Part shown: positions 1 through 13,993 of the stretch, one piece after another
How the letters are laid out: each line of letters opens with the position of its first letter
Position numbering within the stretch: position 1 is the first letter of the stretch
From: Psammoneis japonica
Taxonomy: Eukaryota
DNA: 64,000 bases
Assembly: GCA_008632985.1 (NCBI GenBank)
Contig: QPGO01000030.1
Location: forward strand, 248,001-312,000
Reading direction: 5' to 3'
Translations under genes and position numbers: made by a program
The notes under the pieces: model-generated
What the model was told of the DNA's origin: nothing
The model's input: the letters and a program-made list of their open reading frames with translations, nothing else
Database searches by the model: none

Positions 1-175
1 ACCGTTTCATTTTTCGCGCAAAAATTGTTTGGCGCCATTTTATTTCCGTCGAGGGACCTTCGACGAGCGACGAGATCGAATACTTCTCTTTTGAAGCTTC
101 GTTGTTGAAAGACTACGACCGCATACAACACTCTTATAAGGCAGCGCCTTATCAACGGCAGCAGCAAACACCACG

Positions 176-3100
176 ATGCTTGACGAGAGCGACTACGAGG
201 AGGACTTCTTCAGCGGCGATGACTCTGACTTCGACGACGAGAACGAGCAGCCCGTCGTTGCGAGCAAAGTCAAGGCAACAACTGCCAAAGCGACGAAGGT
301 CACCGTGGCAAAGAAGTCGAAGGCAAGCAAGTCGACATCTGCTCTTGTGGAGACCACGAACGCCGTCGTTGCGCCCAAGGCCGCAAAGTCGTCCAAGACC
401 GTGGAGCAAATCTACCAGAAGAAGACTCAACGCGAGCACATCTTGATCAGACCCGACACCTACAGTGAGTTTCCACGTCATTGCCCGAGCTACAGTTGCT
501 TTCGATTGCTCTGTTATCGCCACAGCACTAACATCGTCTATGTCTTAATCTGTATCAACAGTCGGTTCGGTCGAGCCCGTCACGCAACCAATGTTTGTGT
601 TGGACGCGGAAACGAAGCGTATCGTTCAGCGGGAGATTACCTTCACCCCAGGGCTCTACAAGATCTTTGACGAGATCGTTGTCAACGCCGCCGATAACAA
701 GCAGCGCGATTCCACTATGGACAAGCTCGACATTGTTGTCGACGCGGAGGACAACCTCATTTCGGTCAAGAACAACGGAAAGGGTATTCCTGTTGTCATG
801 CACAAGGAGCACAACATCTACGTTCCGACCTTGATCTTTGGCCATTTGCTTACTGGATCAAACTTTGACGATAACGAGAAGAAGACTACCGGCGGTAGAA
901 ACGGATACGGCGCCAAGCTCACAAATGTCTTCAGCACGGAGTTCACGGTTGAGTGCGTTGATGCCGAGCAAGGCCTCAAGTTCAAGCAAGTTTTCCGAAA
1001 CAACATGCTTGACGCCGAGAAGCCGATCGTGGAGAAGTGTAAGCCTATGGAAAAGAAGCAAGGCGACTACACCAAGATCACTTTCTCGCCGGACCTCGAA
1101 CGGTTCAAAATGGAGACTCTCGACAACGATACCGTGGCTCTTCTGTCCAAGAGAGCCTATGATATTGCAGGTAGCATGGCGAATCGTGCTGGAAAGCGCC
1201 TCGCCGTCACTTTGAATGGAGAGAAACTTCAGATCAAATCCTTTCGTGACTATCTCAAGCTCTTGGACGGAGTCAATCCCCCGACGCCTTTGAAAAGGTC
1301 GGTGATCGTTGGGAGGTCGGTATTTCTCTATCTGACGGCAGTCCCCAGCAGATCTCCTTTGTCAACGCTATTTGTACTTCCAAGGGCGGTGGCCACGTAA
1401 ATTATATTGCGGATCAGGTTGCGAGTCACCTTGCCAAGACTATCAAGAAGAAGAACAAAGGCGGCGTTCCAGTGAAACCCAACCAAATCAAGAACCAACT
1501 CTGCGTCTTTGTGAACTGCCTCGTCGAGAATCCAGCATTCGATAGCCAGACCAAAGACTTTATGACGACAAGCACAAGTCCTTTGGATCGAAGTGTGAGC
1601 TTTCTGCCAAATTCTTGAAGGCGGTGGACAAGAGCGGTGTTGTGGATGCAATCCTGTCGTTCGCAAAGTTCAAGCAAGGACAGGCCCTGAAGCGGAAGGG
1701 CGGGGTCAAGAAGAGCAAGCTGACCGGGCATTCCAAAGCTTGACGATGCAAATCACGCCGGTACTGCAAGTCGAAAGATTGTACCTTGATCATCACGGAA
1801 GGAGACTCAGCCAAGTCCTTGGCAATGTCGGGTCTCTCGGTTGTCGGCCGTGACTACTATGGCGTGTTTCCGCTGAAAGGAAAACCTTTGAACGTTCGCG
1901 AGGCCAAGCACGCCCAAATCATGAAGAACGATGAGATCAGTAACATTGTCAACATAATGGGGCTAAAGTACCACACGGAGTACGACGAAAACAACATCAA
2001 AACTCTTCGTTACGGACACTTGATGATTATGGCGGATCAAGATCACGATGGCTCGCACATCAAGGGACTTGTCATCAACTTCATTCATCGTAAGTAGCGA
2101 CGATCCTCGAACATCTTATTCATTCCATGTCAACTGTACACTTATCACTTCTACTGTCCTCTATACAGATTATTGGCCGTCTCTTCTAGACATCCCTGGC
2201 TTTCTCCAGCAGTTCATCACTCCGATCGTGAAAGCCACGAAAGGAAAGAAAACGAAAACGTTCTTCACTCTTCCGGAATACGAAGCGTAAGTACAGACGC
2301 GAGAAATTCAAATGCTACCTTGTTGAATCTATGACGCTCAAACGTTCTATCCTTTTGACTTGTAGGTGGCGAGAATCGACCGGTAACGACGCCAAAGGCT
2401 ACACCATCAAGTATTACAAGGGTCTGGGGACATCCACGAGTGCTGAAGCAAAAGAGTATTTTGCTAATCTCGATACACACGAAATACACTTCAGTAAGAT
2501 GTCAACCGACAAGGTCGTAATCCAAGAAGATGTAATTTCGGCTGATGATGAAGATGACGACGATGACATGAATTTTGAAAGTGAAGAGATCGTTCCCGAC
2601 AAGCCTCCTGTATCTGGATCGGAACTCATCGACATGGCTTTTTCTAAAGCACGGGTGGAGGACCGCAAGTACTGGTTGAAGCAATTGAAGAAGGACACTT
2701 TCCTTGACTATAGCGTCGCTCAGAAGGATGGGGTGAAGTATTCCGAGTTCATCAACAAGGAGCTCATTCTCTTTTCTCAAGCAGATAACGAGAGATCCAT
2801 TCCTCACTTGATGGATGGCTTCAAGCCCTCGCAACGCAAAGTGCTATTTGCGTGTTTCAAGCGCAAGCTGAAGGGTGAGATCAAAGTAGCACAGCTAGCG
2901 GGATATGTCGGGGAACATTCCGCCTATCACCACGGCGAGATGTCCCTGACTGGTACGATCGTCAACATGGCTCAGTCGTATGTTGGGTCAAACAATATCA
3001 ACCTATTGACGCCATCCGGACAATTTGGTACTCGACGAATGGGCGGAAAGGACGCAGCCTCTGCTCGTTACATCTTCACAAAGTTGGAGAAGATCACGAG

Positions 3101-5116
3101 AACTATCTTCCACCCCGACGATGACGCGTTGTTGAACTACTTGACCGACGACGGTATGTCGATCGAGCCTGAGTACTACATGCCGGTCATTCCGATGGTG
3201 CTTGTAAATGGCTCCGATGGTATTGGAACCGGTTGGTCGTCGAGTATTCCGAATTACGATCCTCGTCAGATTATCTCGAACCTTCGCCTTCTTATTGCGG
3301 GCAATGAGCCGGAAAAGATGGCACCCCATTATTACGGTTTCACGGGTGATGTAAGTCTTGATAACCATCTGTCCTCTTGAAATTCCTTCCCATCATCTTG
3401 CTAACAAGGAGTGGGTCTCTCGTTGCTTTACTCCCTCAACTCAGATCACGGCAGAGTCTGGCAAGCGAGCAGGCTCCTACGCGGTCAAAGGCAAGATTGA
3501 GCGGCAGGATGATACCACTCTTGTCATTTCTGAGCTGCCCATTAAGAAATGGACTCAAGACTACAAGCAATTTCTCGAGGTGATGCTCAACGGGGACGGT
3601 AAGAAGCTGAACCAGAAATCAAGGACTTCCAAGAGAACCATACAGACACGACTGTCTCCTTTACTATCAAAGCCGATAAGGACAAGATCGACATGTTCGA
3701 GCGAGAGAAAGGTGGTCTTTATGGAAAATTCAAGCTGACGGGTTCGCTCTCGACTTCAAACATGAATCTGTTTGACAAAGAAGGACGAATCGTGAAATAT
3801 GACACGCCAGAGAGGATTTTGTCGATCTTCTACGAGACGAGGCTCGAGTTCTACGTCAAGAGGAAGCAGCTTCTATTGCAAAAGATGCGATGGGAGCAAA
3901 AGATGTTGGCCAACAAGGCTCGATTTGTAGAGGAGGTTTGTGCCGGCGATCTCGTCGTAAGCAACCGTAAACGCTATGATATTCTCGCTGATCTCCAGGA
4001 CCGTGGCTACGACTTGATGACAAAGGAAGAGAAACGCGATGATAGTGAGGACGAAGGCAGCGACACAGAAGAAGATGACAACGCGTCTGACGCCGACCTG
4101 GCAAAGGGGTACGAGTATCTGCTCGGAATGAAGATTTGGTCTCTTACTTTCGAGAAAGCGGAAGCCCTGCGTGCCGAGCTCGCCGCGAAAACTGCTGCCG
4201 TCGCAGAGTTGGAGGCCACAGCCCCAAGCCAAATCTGGCTAAAGGATCTCGACTCGATTGAAGAGGCCCTTGAAGAACGCGAGGAGGAGATGGAGGCTGC
4301 CGCAAACGAAGAAATGAAGGCCCAGAAAAAGAACAAGAAGCGACAAGCCAAGGTCACGAAGAAGAAGGCTGCAGCAACCAAACGTGGCAAGAAAAGAAAG
4401 CTGACGAGTGGGACTCAGACATGGAGGACTCTTCGGAAAGTGAGAAGGATATGGGCTCTGATTCTGATGATAGTTTTGCCGCACCAAAGAAGCCCGCGGC
4501 GAGAAAGAGAGCTCCAGTGCCCAAGGCATCCGTTCCGACCAAAAAAGCTGCCGTTGCGAAGCCGAAGCAGCCTACCAAGACCGATCCAAAACCTGTGGCG
4601 GCTGCCAAGAGGCCTATTGAAGATCTCCAGAAGGATTCGGACGAGGAAGAGGAGCTGACTCTGATGGAGCGTATGCAGAGGCAAATGATGGTATCGCCCG
4701 CGTCGAAGAAGGCGAAGGGTAGTAGCGATCGTGGTTTGAGTAAGAAGCGTCCCTCGCCACGGAATTCCGAAGGTAGCGATGACTCTGACGGAGACTCCCT
4801 CGATGACTTCAACACCGACAAATTTGCGCCAGCATCAGTTACCCCGGCGAGGAAGAAAGCTGCAACGAAGAAGGCGGTTGCCAAGCGCCAGGAAGCTGCA
4901 GCAAAGAAACCTTCAACGGTAAAAGAAGTTGTCAAACCTCGTAAGAAGACGACTGTAGATCTCTCGAGCGATAGCGACGACTTCGCCTTCGACGAGGATT
5001 CGGATCCGCCGTCTGCACCCTCTCCACCAGCCCCTCGTGCAAGGAGTGGCAGAGCGCGGTCGACGGTGAACTATGCCCAGATGGTGGACAGCGATAGTGA
5101 CGACTCAGACTTTTGA
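176..5116 (+). CDS. TOP2: DNA topoisomerase II (multi-exon; several apparent 1-nt frameshifts)
   Basis: Motifs YQKKTQREHILIRPDTY, GLYKIFDEIVVNAADN, TGGRNGYGAKL (GHKL ATPase), LIITEGDSAK, PLKGK, IMADQDHDGSHIKGL (TOPRIM), YYKGLGTS, DGFKPSQRK, SAYHHGE, ASARY (catalytic Tyr), then a Lys/acidic C-terminal tail. GT-AG introns at about 465-561, 2090-2169, 2287-2365, 3351-3444. Start position approximate. Confidence 0.97.
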
Positions 5117-5699
5117 GTTTGAAAGCAGGGATTAGTGCAGTACATGGGGGAGAGCTTGGCGATTAGGAAATGGCATGATCAGTGTCCAAAACCATACTTA
5201 GGCATTGTTGCGTAACAACTGGAGTATTCAGGATCATCGAAGAAGTGACTGTTTCATTGTACACAACTTCTTCTTTCATCTTCTTATTTCGCACGTGTCG
5301 CCGATGCATCGCCCTCTATCTCGAAGCTCTACGGATGAGGATCCAGCTGACGCGTTGAACAAAACGTGGTCCCAAAAGGTCCCTCAGAGTGGCGTCACTC
5401 TTCGAGGCTTTTAGTCTCCTCCACTCTCTTTCTTTAGAGAGTCACCTTGTCTGAATAGAAAGGAGTTCGACAGTCGTGCCGAATCAAAGTTATGACAGTA
5501 ATGTTGACCAGTAGCCAGTGAAGAGTGAAGCTTTGTTCAAACGCAGAGGAAATTATAGAAAGTGCTTTGTTCGCTGCATGCATCTTCTACCAGCTTCTTA
5601 CGAGACACCCAAGCTGTCTCCTTTCAGGTAAACAAGAGAATTCCTCTTTTGAAAAGGGAGGCATATCGTAAGAGGATGGTGATTATCTCTCCCGCGACC

Positions 5700-6365
5700 G
5701 AATCTGCCTCCTCCGCTGCTTCACAAGCCCACATAGAAGGCTACTCACGAGATCCAACCAGGCCATCATTGGCAAAGGACTCCGCCAAGGACTTTGCCGA
5801 TCAAGTCCCAAAATACCCTTCCTTTTAGAGCTCTATCAAACTCGAAAAGAAAAATACCGGAAGATATCTATTTCTCGTGTCCCAATTTCAGGCTGAAAGT
5901 CACAATCATCCTTGAAACCAGTAGATATTGAGTTTCTTTAGCTCATCCATGCAGTCGCTGGGACCCATATCATCACTTAATAGCCCTACTTGGCATTGTC
6001 TAAGTTTTCAACGCAGTTCATGCACTCATTCTCGTACTCTACCACCTGCTGTGTCATCTTCATCTCTGACCGGAAACACGGCTCCTGTTCTACAGCTCCA
6101 ACCTGGGCTAACACTCTGTCTTCTTCTTTTCCGCCCGTTCCAACGCTTCCCTCACCCACAGAGGCAGACACGATCCCTATCCAGTCATCATCGGCAAAGG
6201 ACTCTTCCAATGACTTTGCCCAATCCCTAGGACGCCCCTTCACTTTGAGTTCCACCACTGCTGAACGATATCTATACGTGTCTCAATCTGTCTCAATTTC
6301 ATAATGAAAGACCATCCTTGAGCTCGTAGATCCAGATAGTGAGTTTCTTGTTTCTTGAGCTCATC
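5700..6365. repeat. Degenerate ~400-bp-period intergenic direct duplication
   Basis: catcattggcaaaggactc..gactttgcc (~5764-5798) vs catcatcggcaaaggactc..gactttgcc (~6186-6220); gatatcta..cgtgtc..aatttca (~5864-5890 vs ~6267-6301); catccttga..gtagat..tgagtttct..agctcatc (~5907-5947 vs ~6313-6365). Confidence 0.6.
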
Positions 6366-6597
6366 GTCACTTTTAACTCGTCATCGTATGACTAAGGCTA
6401 CCGGCATCATAGGTACTGGAAGCTCCAGAATACTAGTAGAGAACTAACGCAATCAATCAACTCATTTTAAAAATTGGAGGTCTGTGGGTCGTACGTTCAG
6501 TCCGTCAGTCCATCAGTAGCACCGAGGAACCGCACGAAGCACACTGGACACAACACACACACATCGCGTATCAACGCGAGGCGAGACGGACACCACC

Positions 6598-9500
6598 ATG
6601 GCGGAACGCGATGCGCTCCAAGGGCGCTATTCGTACAATGAAATGTCTAACAAGGTCGAACAGGCCAGCGCCGAAGACCGCGTGATGGAGAACCAACGGG
6701 GGAAGTGGAAACTCTGCGTGGGCGAGAAATCGGGCGGATGGGAGATAAGATTGCCTCGACGGTGAAAGAGTCACGTCCTTCGGAGCTTGCAGCAATGAAG
6801 GAACGAGCCGAGCGTAAGCGTCAAAAACGTGAACACAGTGGAGCATCGCGTCGCGGTGAGAGCGCTCTGGCGGCAAGCGGTGGGCAAACCATTTTGGATA
6901 TTGGTTCGCTGACAGGCTATCAACCATCCACCCCTTCGGCCCGCACCGCTTATGAGTCGCTGCTGGTACGTAGAAATTGTACTGGATACCACGTGAAAGA
7001 TCTCGCGCGCTCATTTTTTTCTTTTTTCCCTCCAACATAGAATATGATTGGGTCGCGCTCGCTGCTGGGAAACCAAGCAACATCTGTGTTGAGAGACGCA
7101 GCGGAAGAAGTGATTGTAATACTCAAGAACCAGAACATGCGTGATCCTGAACGACACGAAGAGATATCACGTCTGCTGACGGGGAAAGCGCCGTCGACTG
7201 CTGGAGGACTCACAACCGAGCGGTACACCAATTTCGTCAAACTCGGCAAGGATTTGGACGATTATGAGGAATACAGTCAGTCTCAGAAAGATCCTAGTGG
7301 TGATACGGACGGCAATGTTGATGACGACATGGGAGTGGCGGTTGTGTTCGACGACGAGTCAGACGAGGATGGAGACGGTGCGAACGAGCTAGGCAGTGAT
7401 GTCGAGGAAGATGAGGTCGTCGAGGTGGCAGATTCGTCTTCAGAAGAGGAGGACGAAGGGTCTGTTCAAAAAGATTTGAGCGATGACGATGACGAGGATA
7501 GGTTGGTTCAGGGGGGCACGGATGCGTCGAAGAAAAAATTCCATCACTCGCATGGCCGCACCTTATCTGTGCATGAGATTGATGCGCACTTTCTTCAGCG
7601 TAAGCTTTCTGATGCCTATGACGATGCAGACGTCTGCGCGAAAATTGCTAATGACGTGTTGGCTGTACTGGACATTCGAAACGAGAGCGATACTCGGGAG
7701 TTAGAGAACAAGCTCTTGGTGCTGTTAGGATTCGACCTATTCGACACCATCAAGCTACTTCTCCGCAACCGAGTCCGTATCTGGGCCTGTGTTTCCATGA
7801 AGCGCGCACAAAACGATGACGAAAGGGCAGATATTGAAAATCTTCTGAGAGAGGAACCAACAGGAGAAGGGAAAGTCGTATGGGACGAGCTGCATTCGAA
7901 GAGTAAAGCAGCGGACTGGACGCGAGAACGCATGAGGGGAATCACCGCTTCGCTCAGAACAAAACCATGGATGGAGACCAAAGCGTATCAAAAGCTCTTG
8001 ATTCCATAGGCATCAAAGGATTGAATGACAATGGCGAAGGAGGAGATGAGATGGACTTGGAGGAAGAGGAAAAGAAGGAAGAAGCGATCGAGCTTGATTT
8101 GGAGTCTCTCGCCTTCCGTGAAGGTGCTCACACGATGAGCAACAAAAAGTGTAATCTTCCCGAAAAATCATGGAGGGCAATGAAGAAGGGCTATGAGGAA
8201 GTGCACGTTCCTGCTGTCCGAAGCGTTATCCCTGAAGATGAGGTATTAGTACCCATATCTGAGCTACCAAAGTGGACACATGCGGCTTTCGAGGGTAAGT
8301 TCGACCCGACTTGAGCTTTTTCGTCCAGGGACAACCCAGTGCCTCATCGTTTGGCCTTCTTCTCTTTACAGGTGTGGAGAAACTAAATCGTGTACAGTCA
8401 AAGATTTGTGATGTAGCTCTACGATCGTCAGAGAATATGCTTCTTTGCGCACCGACCGGGGCTGGAAAGGTAAGACACTATTCTATGTGTTGCGTCTTTC
8501 GCGTAGCTCTACTTTTGACTCATTTAACCCTTTTCGCTGTCTTTTCTTAGACAAACGTTGCAATGCTGACGATGTTGAACATTTTAGGACAATACCGTAG
8601 GACCGGCGGTGGAGAAGAGAGCGGAGACGAAAATGCGACTGATCAAAATGAGGAATCCTTTGACCTAAAGGCGTTTAAGATCGTTTACATCGCACCCATG
8701 AAGGCGTTGGTGCAGGAAGTCGTGAAGAATTTCTCCGGGCGTTTGAAATCATATGGTGTTACTGTCAGAGAGTTGTCCGGTGATTCTAGTCTCACGCGTC
8801 AGCAAATATCTGAAACCAGCTACTAGTTACAACTCCGGAGAAGTGGGATATCGTCACCAGGCAAGGAGAAGGCCGTGCGTACACGCAGTTGGTGAAACTT
8901 GTTATTGCAGACGAAGTACATCTACTGCACAGTGAGCGCGGGCCTGTCTTGGAAAGCATTGTGTCCAGGATCATTCGTCAGGTTGAAACCAATGCCGAAC
9001 CTGTCCGGCTTGTCGGGTTAAGTGCCACGTTGCCGAATTACGCTGACGTCGCCACCTTCTTGCGAGTCAAGAAAGACAAGGGTTTATTCTTCTTCGACCA
9101 CTCCTATCGCCCCGTCCCACTTCAAATGCAGTATGTTGGAATCACGGAAAGAAATGCGTTCAAGAGGTTCCAGCTTCAGAATGAAATTTGCTACGACAAA
9201 GCGCTCATCCAACGCCGTAGCAGCAACCAGGTGCTTATCTTTGTGCACAGTAGGGCAGAACGGGTAAAACCGCAAAGGCGCTTCGCGACCTTGCGATGGA
9301 GCGTGATGAGCTGTCGAACTTTGTTCGTGACGGAGGTGGCTCTCAAGAGCTCCTGCGAGAAGAATCAGCCACTGTGAAGAATGCCGATCTTAAGGAAGTG
9401 CTACAGTATGGGTTTGCGATTCATCACGCGGGGATGGGGCGAGCGGATCGTGAGCTCGTGGAAGACTTGTTTGCCGATCGGCACATCGCAGTTCTCTGCA

Positions 9501-12500
9501 CTACGGCCACTCTTGCTTGGGGCGTGAACTTACCGGTAAGTGCAGCGTCGATGACCTCAAACTCCTGCTCCAACGCAACAGTTTCTCTCATCTCTGGATT
9601 TACCTCCTCTTGCTCTAATATCACCAAATCATAGGCTCACGCTGTGATCATAAAAGGAACCCAAATTTACGACCCATCGAAGGGGCGCTGGGCAGAACTG
9701 AGTCCGCTTGACGTACTCCAAATGCTCGGCCGTGCGGGCAGACCGCAGTATGACTCGGAAGGCGAAGGTATTATCATGACACAGCATAGCGAGCTGCAGT
9801 ATTACCTATCGCTCACAAACATCCAGTTACCTGTGGAAGTCAGTTGATCAAAACTCTCCCAGACCATCTCAATGCAGAAGTGGTGTTGGGAACAGTTCAA
9901 ACAATAGAGGAAGCGGTCGAGTGGCTGAGTTACTCCTTCCTGTACATCCGGATGCTGCAGAATCCTTCGCTGTATGGGATAGCCAACCCAGAAAAAACTG
10001 TGGAAGAAGATCCAACACTGAAAGGTCGTCGTTTGGATCTTGCTCATACTGCCGCATCCGCCCTAGAGAAGAGCCACTTGATACGGTATGATCGCCGTAG
10101 CGGTTCTCTCCAAGCCACCCCTCTCGGTCGCGTTTCAAGCCAGTATTACATTTCGCATTCTTCGATGGCTCTTTACTCTCGGCACATGCGGCCGAACATG
10201 TCGGACATTGAATTGCTACGCCTCTTCTCACTCAGTGGTGAATTTTCTCACATTACTGTTCGAGAGGAAGAAAAACTCGAGCTAGAGAAACTGGCGTCTA
10301 AGGTCCCGATTCCTGTGAAAGAGAGTCCAAGCGAGCCCTCTGCCAAGGTCAATATCTTGTTACAGGCATATATTTCACGATTGAAGCTGGACGGCTTTGC
10401 TCTGGTGTCCGACATGGCGTTTATCCAACAGTCAGCCGCTCGTATTATGCGAGCTTTGTTTGAGATTGCCTTGCGTCGTAACTGGGCCGGTCTCGCAAAG
10501 CTCACCTTAGCATTTGCCAATATGGTCGCACATCGTATCTGGAGAAGTCAGACTCCTCTCCGACAATTTAAAAATGTTCCAGAAGTTGTTGCGCGAAAGC
10601 TGGAGCGGAAAAGTGACATTGAATGGGGCCGTTACGTCGACTTAACGCCTTCGGATCTGGGCGAGCTTGTAGGGGTACCGAAGATGGGTCGTGTCTTACA
10701 CAAGCTTGTGCACCAATTTCCTCGGCTGGATCTCTCTGCGCATATACAGCCAATCACAAGGTCTATGCTGCGGGTGGAGTTAACATTGACCCCTGCGTTT
10801 CAGTTTGACATTAACCTTCACGGGTATGTCCAGCTCTTCCATGTTCTCGTCGAAGACGTGAATGGTGATACAGTCCTGCACCACGAGATGTTTTCGCTCA
10901 AGATGAAGAGCGACGAAGACGAGCACATACTAGTTTTTACCGTCCCTATCATGGAGCCGATGCCGCCTGCGTACTTTATTCGAGTGCTATCTGACAGATG
11001 GTTGCACTCCGAGTCCGTGTTACCGATTTCCTTCAGCAACACCGTTCTACCGGCGAAGTTTCCTCCCCCAACAGAATTACTAGATTTGCAGCCGCTGCCT
11101 CCCACGGCTTTGGGAGAGCCCACCCTCTCAAAGCTTTACCCATTTCGCGAGTTCAATCCCATCCAGACTCAGACTTTTCACGCATTGTTTAAGACAAACA
11201 GGAACTGCCTTGTTTGCGCTCCATCTGGTGCTGGTAAACTCGTCTGCGCGGAGTTTGCAATACTGAGAATGTTGGTGACAGCCCCTGACGGGAAAGCCGT
11301 CTATATTGCCCCAAAGGAAGCGATTGCACAACGAGTGTTCGACGATTGGACCTCAAGGTTTGGGTCCGTCCTTGGTGAAGGTCACGTTGTAAAACTATTA
11401 GGTGAAACCGCACCGGACCTAAGGCTCCTGGCGGATGGAAAGATAGTAGTCTGCACGGTTGAGCAATGGGATGCTCTCAGCAGGCGATGGAGGCAACGAA
11501 AGTCCGTTCAAGCCGTTTCAGTTCTTATCTTTGATGAATTGCACTTTCTTGGAGGAGACGTGGGACCCACGATGGAGGTTGTTATTTCGCGCATGCGATT
11601 CATAAGCAGTCAACAGAAGCAAAGTGGCGGCGAAGAACCGATGCGAATTGTAGGCCTCGGTGCGTCTCTGGCAAATGCACGTGAAGTGGGAGAATGGATG
11701 GGTGTACCGGAGAAGAGTTTGTTCAATTTCTCCCCCAAAGTGAGGCCGACTCCACTCGAGATATATTTTCAGTCTTTCGATCAAAGTAATTATTCAGGAC
11801 GACTCATGGCAATGGCGAAGCCTGTATTCAATGCGGTTGTGAGACACTCGGATAGCAAACCTGTCATCGTGTTTGTTCCAAGCAGACGCCAAGCCCAGCT
11901 AACATCGATCGATCTAATGACCTATCGAGAGACTCTCGACGGCGGAAATTTCCTCGGTGGCAACGTTCAGCTTGAACAAGCGAAAACAATCGCGTCTAAA
12001 CTCCGTGAGCCGGCGCTTCAACAAGTCGTTGCTTCTGGTGTCGGTTTTCTGCACGGGGGCATGACTTTGTCCGACCAAGAACTTGTGTCTAAGATGTACG
12101 CAGATTCGGTTCTTGGTGTGCTCGTTTGTCCAGCTGACATGTGTTGGCAGCTAACGAGCGTTGCCCATTTGGTAGTCATCATGGGTGTTGAAGCTTATGA
12201 CGGGAAAGAAAGGAGGTATGTCGACTACCCCATTGCCGACTTACTGCACATGATGGGAAGAGCAAGTCGCCAAGGCATCGACTCCAACGGAAAATGCGTT
12301 CTGATGACACATGCTCCCAAAAAGGAGCGACTGAAAAAGCTTCTTTATGAGCCGCTCCCAATTGAAAGCCATTTGGATCATTACTTGCACGACCATTTCA
12401 ATTCGGAGATCGTAACAAAGACTATCGGGAACATGCAAGACGCGGTCGACTACATCACCTGGACTTTTCTGTATAGAAGATTGTCCAAAAATCCAAACTA

Positions 12501-13757
12501 TTACGGGCTGCAGGGCACCTCGAACACGCTTCTCAGCGAGCATCTGAGTGAAATGGTAGAGACTGTATTAGGGGACCTTGATGAGAGCAAATGCTGCGAG
12601 ATGACCGATGATGGCGACGTGTCTCCGCTCAATCTTGGTATGATCGCTGCATACTACTACATCCAGTATACAACCATCGAGCTTGTTGCGTCCTCGGTGA
12701 CTGCCAAGACAAAAATCAGGGGGGTCATGGAAATCCTCTCTCACGCGTCGGAATTCTCTTCTCTTCCCATTAGATATGGGGAGGAAAAGAGTCTCCGCAT
12801 ATTGGCGAGGGGACTCACTCACAAACTACCGGAATCAGCACTGTTTCATGAGTCGAGCACAAAAGCGTTGATCCTGCTTCAAAGCCACTTTAGTCGTACG
12901 CCACTGTCAGGTGATTTCGCATAGACCAGAAGAGTGTGATCACGAGCAGCGTGAGGTTGATACAGGCTATTGTCGACGTGATTAGTAGCAATGGCTGGCT
13001 GAAACCCGCACTCGCAGCAATGGAATTGAGTCAAATGGTCGTCCAAGGTTTATGGAATAAGGACAACGTTTTGATGCAGGTAAGTGCTTGTTGCTTTCAT
13101 GATGCATGGCGATTCAACAGTGCAATCATTCCTTACTAACATAGTGATTCTGGCGTTGAACGCTATTCTCAGATTCCCCACTTCAATAAAGAAATAATCC
13201 AAAGATGCGAAGCTTACGAAGGGGAAGAACCAGTTGAGTCTGTTTTTGATATCCTCACTCTTGACGATGATGTTAGGAATGATCTGCTTCGTCTATCCGA
13301 CGAGAAGATGGCCGATGTTGCTGTCTTCTGCAACAACTACCCAAACGTTGAGGTGACTTTCAAAGTTGACGAACCAGATGACGTGACGGCCGGCGATCCC
13401 GTCCGAATCACGGTTGATCTAGAGAGAGAAGTCGATGAAGACGAACTGGACAGTGAGGATATTGCCCAGCTTGGTGTTGTGTCTGCGCCGTACTTTCCGG
13501 CAGAAAAACGCGAAGGCTGGTGGGTGGTCGTCGGCGATACAAAAACAAACTCCTTGCTTTCTTTGAAACGAGTCAGTCTTCTTCAGAAGCAAAAAGTCAT
13601 GCTCGAATTCCTAGCGCCAGAAGAAGCCGGTGACTACAATCTATCTCTCTTCTGTATGAGCGACAGTTATCTAGGCTGCGACCAGGAGTATTCGATTCCG
13701 TTGAGTGTAGGAGTTGCCAGTGATGACGATGGCGACGACGAAAGTGAAAGTGATTAA
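6598..13757 (+). CDS. BRR2: U5 snRNP 200 kDa RNA helicase Brr2 (multi-exon; apparent frameshifts)
   Basis: N-terminal [10 protein letters not shown], then two Ski2-like helicase cassettes ([64 protein letters not shown]) and Sec63 domains ending [14 protein letters not shown]. Confidence 0.97.
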
Positions 13758-13993
13758 TCGAAACATGTATTATCTTTGGTTTAAGAGGAGGTTCAAGACG
13801 TGGAAATAGGATCAGATCATAACGTCCCAAGTTTTTAACTAATCAAGTATCTTCGGCATAGAATATTTTCATTCCTTCTGGACAAAAGCAATGGGATTGT
13901 GTGAGCGGACAAGAACCAATGCAGCGGCCACTGGTTCCAAGCTGATAGTCATGCTTGCTTGAGCAATGTTGCAAACTGCGCCAAGTCCGAGAA

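Noticed and set aside
2505..2620. Acidic insertion in TOP2 (EDVISADDEDDDDDMNFESEE)
   Set aside because: Low-complexity insert in a variable linker; no evidence of special function or of an intron.
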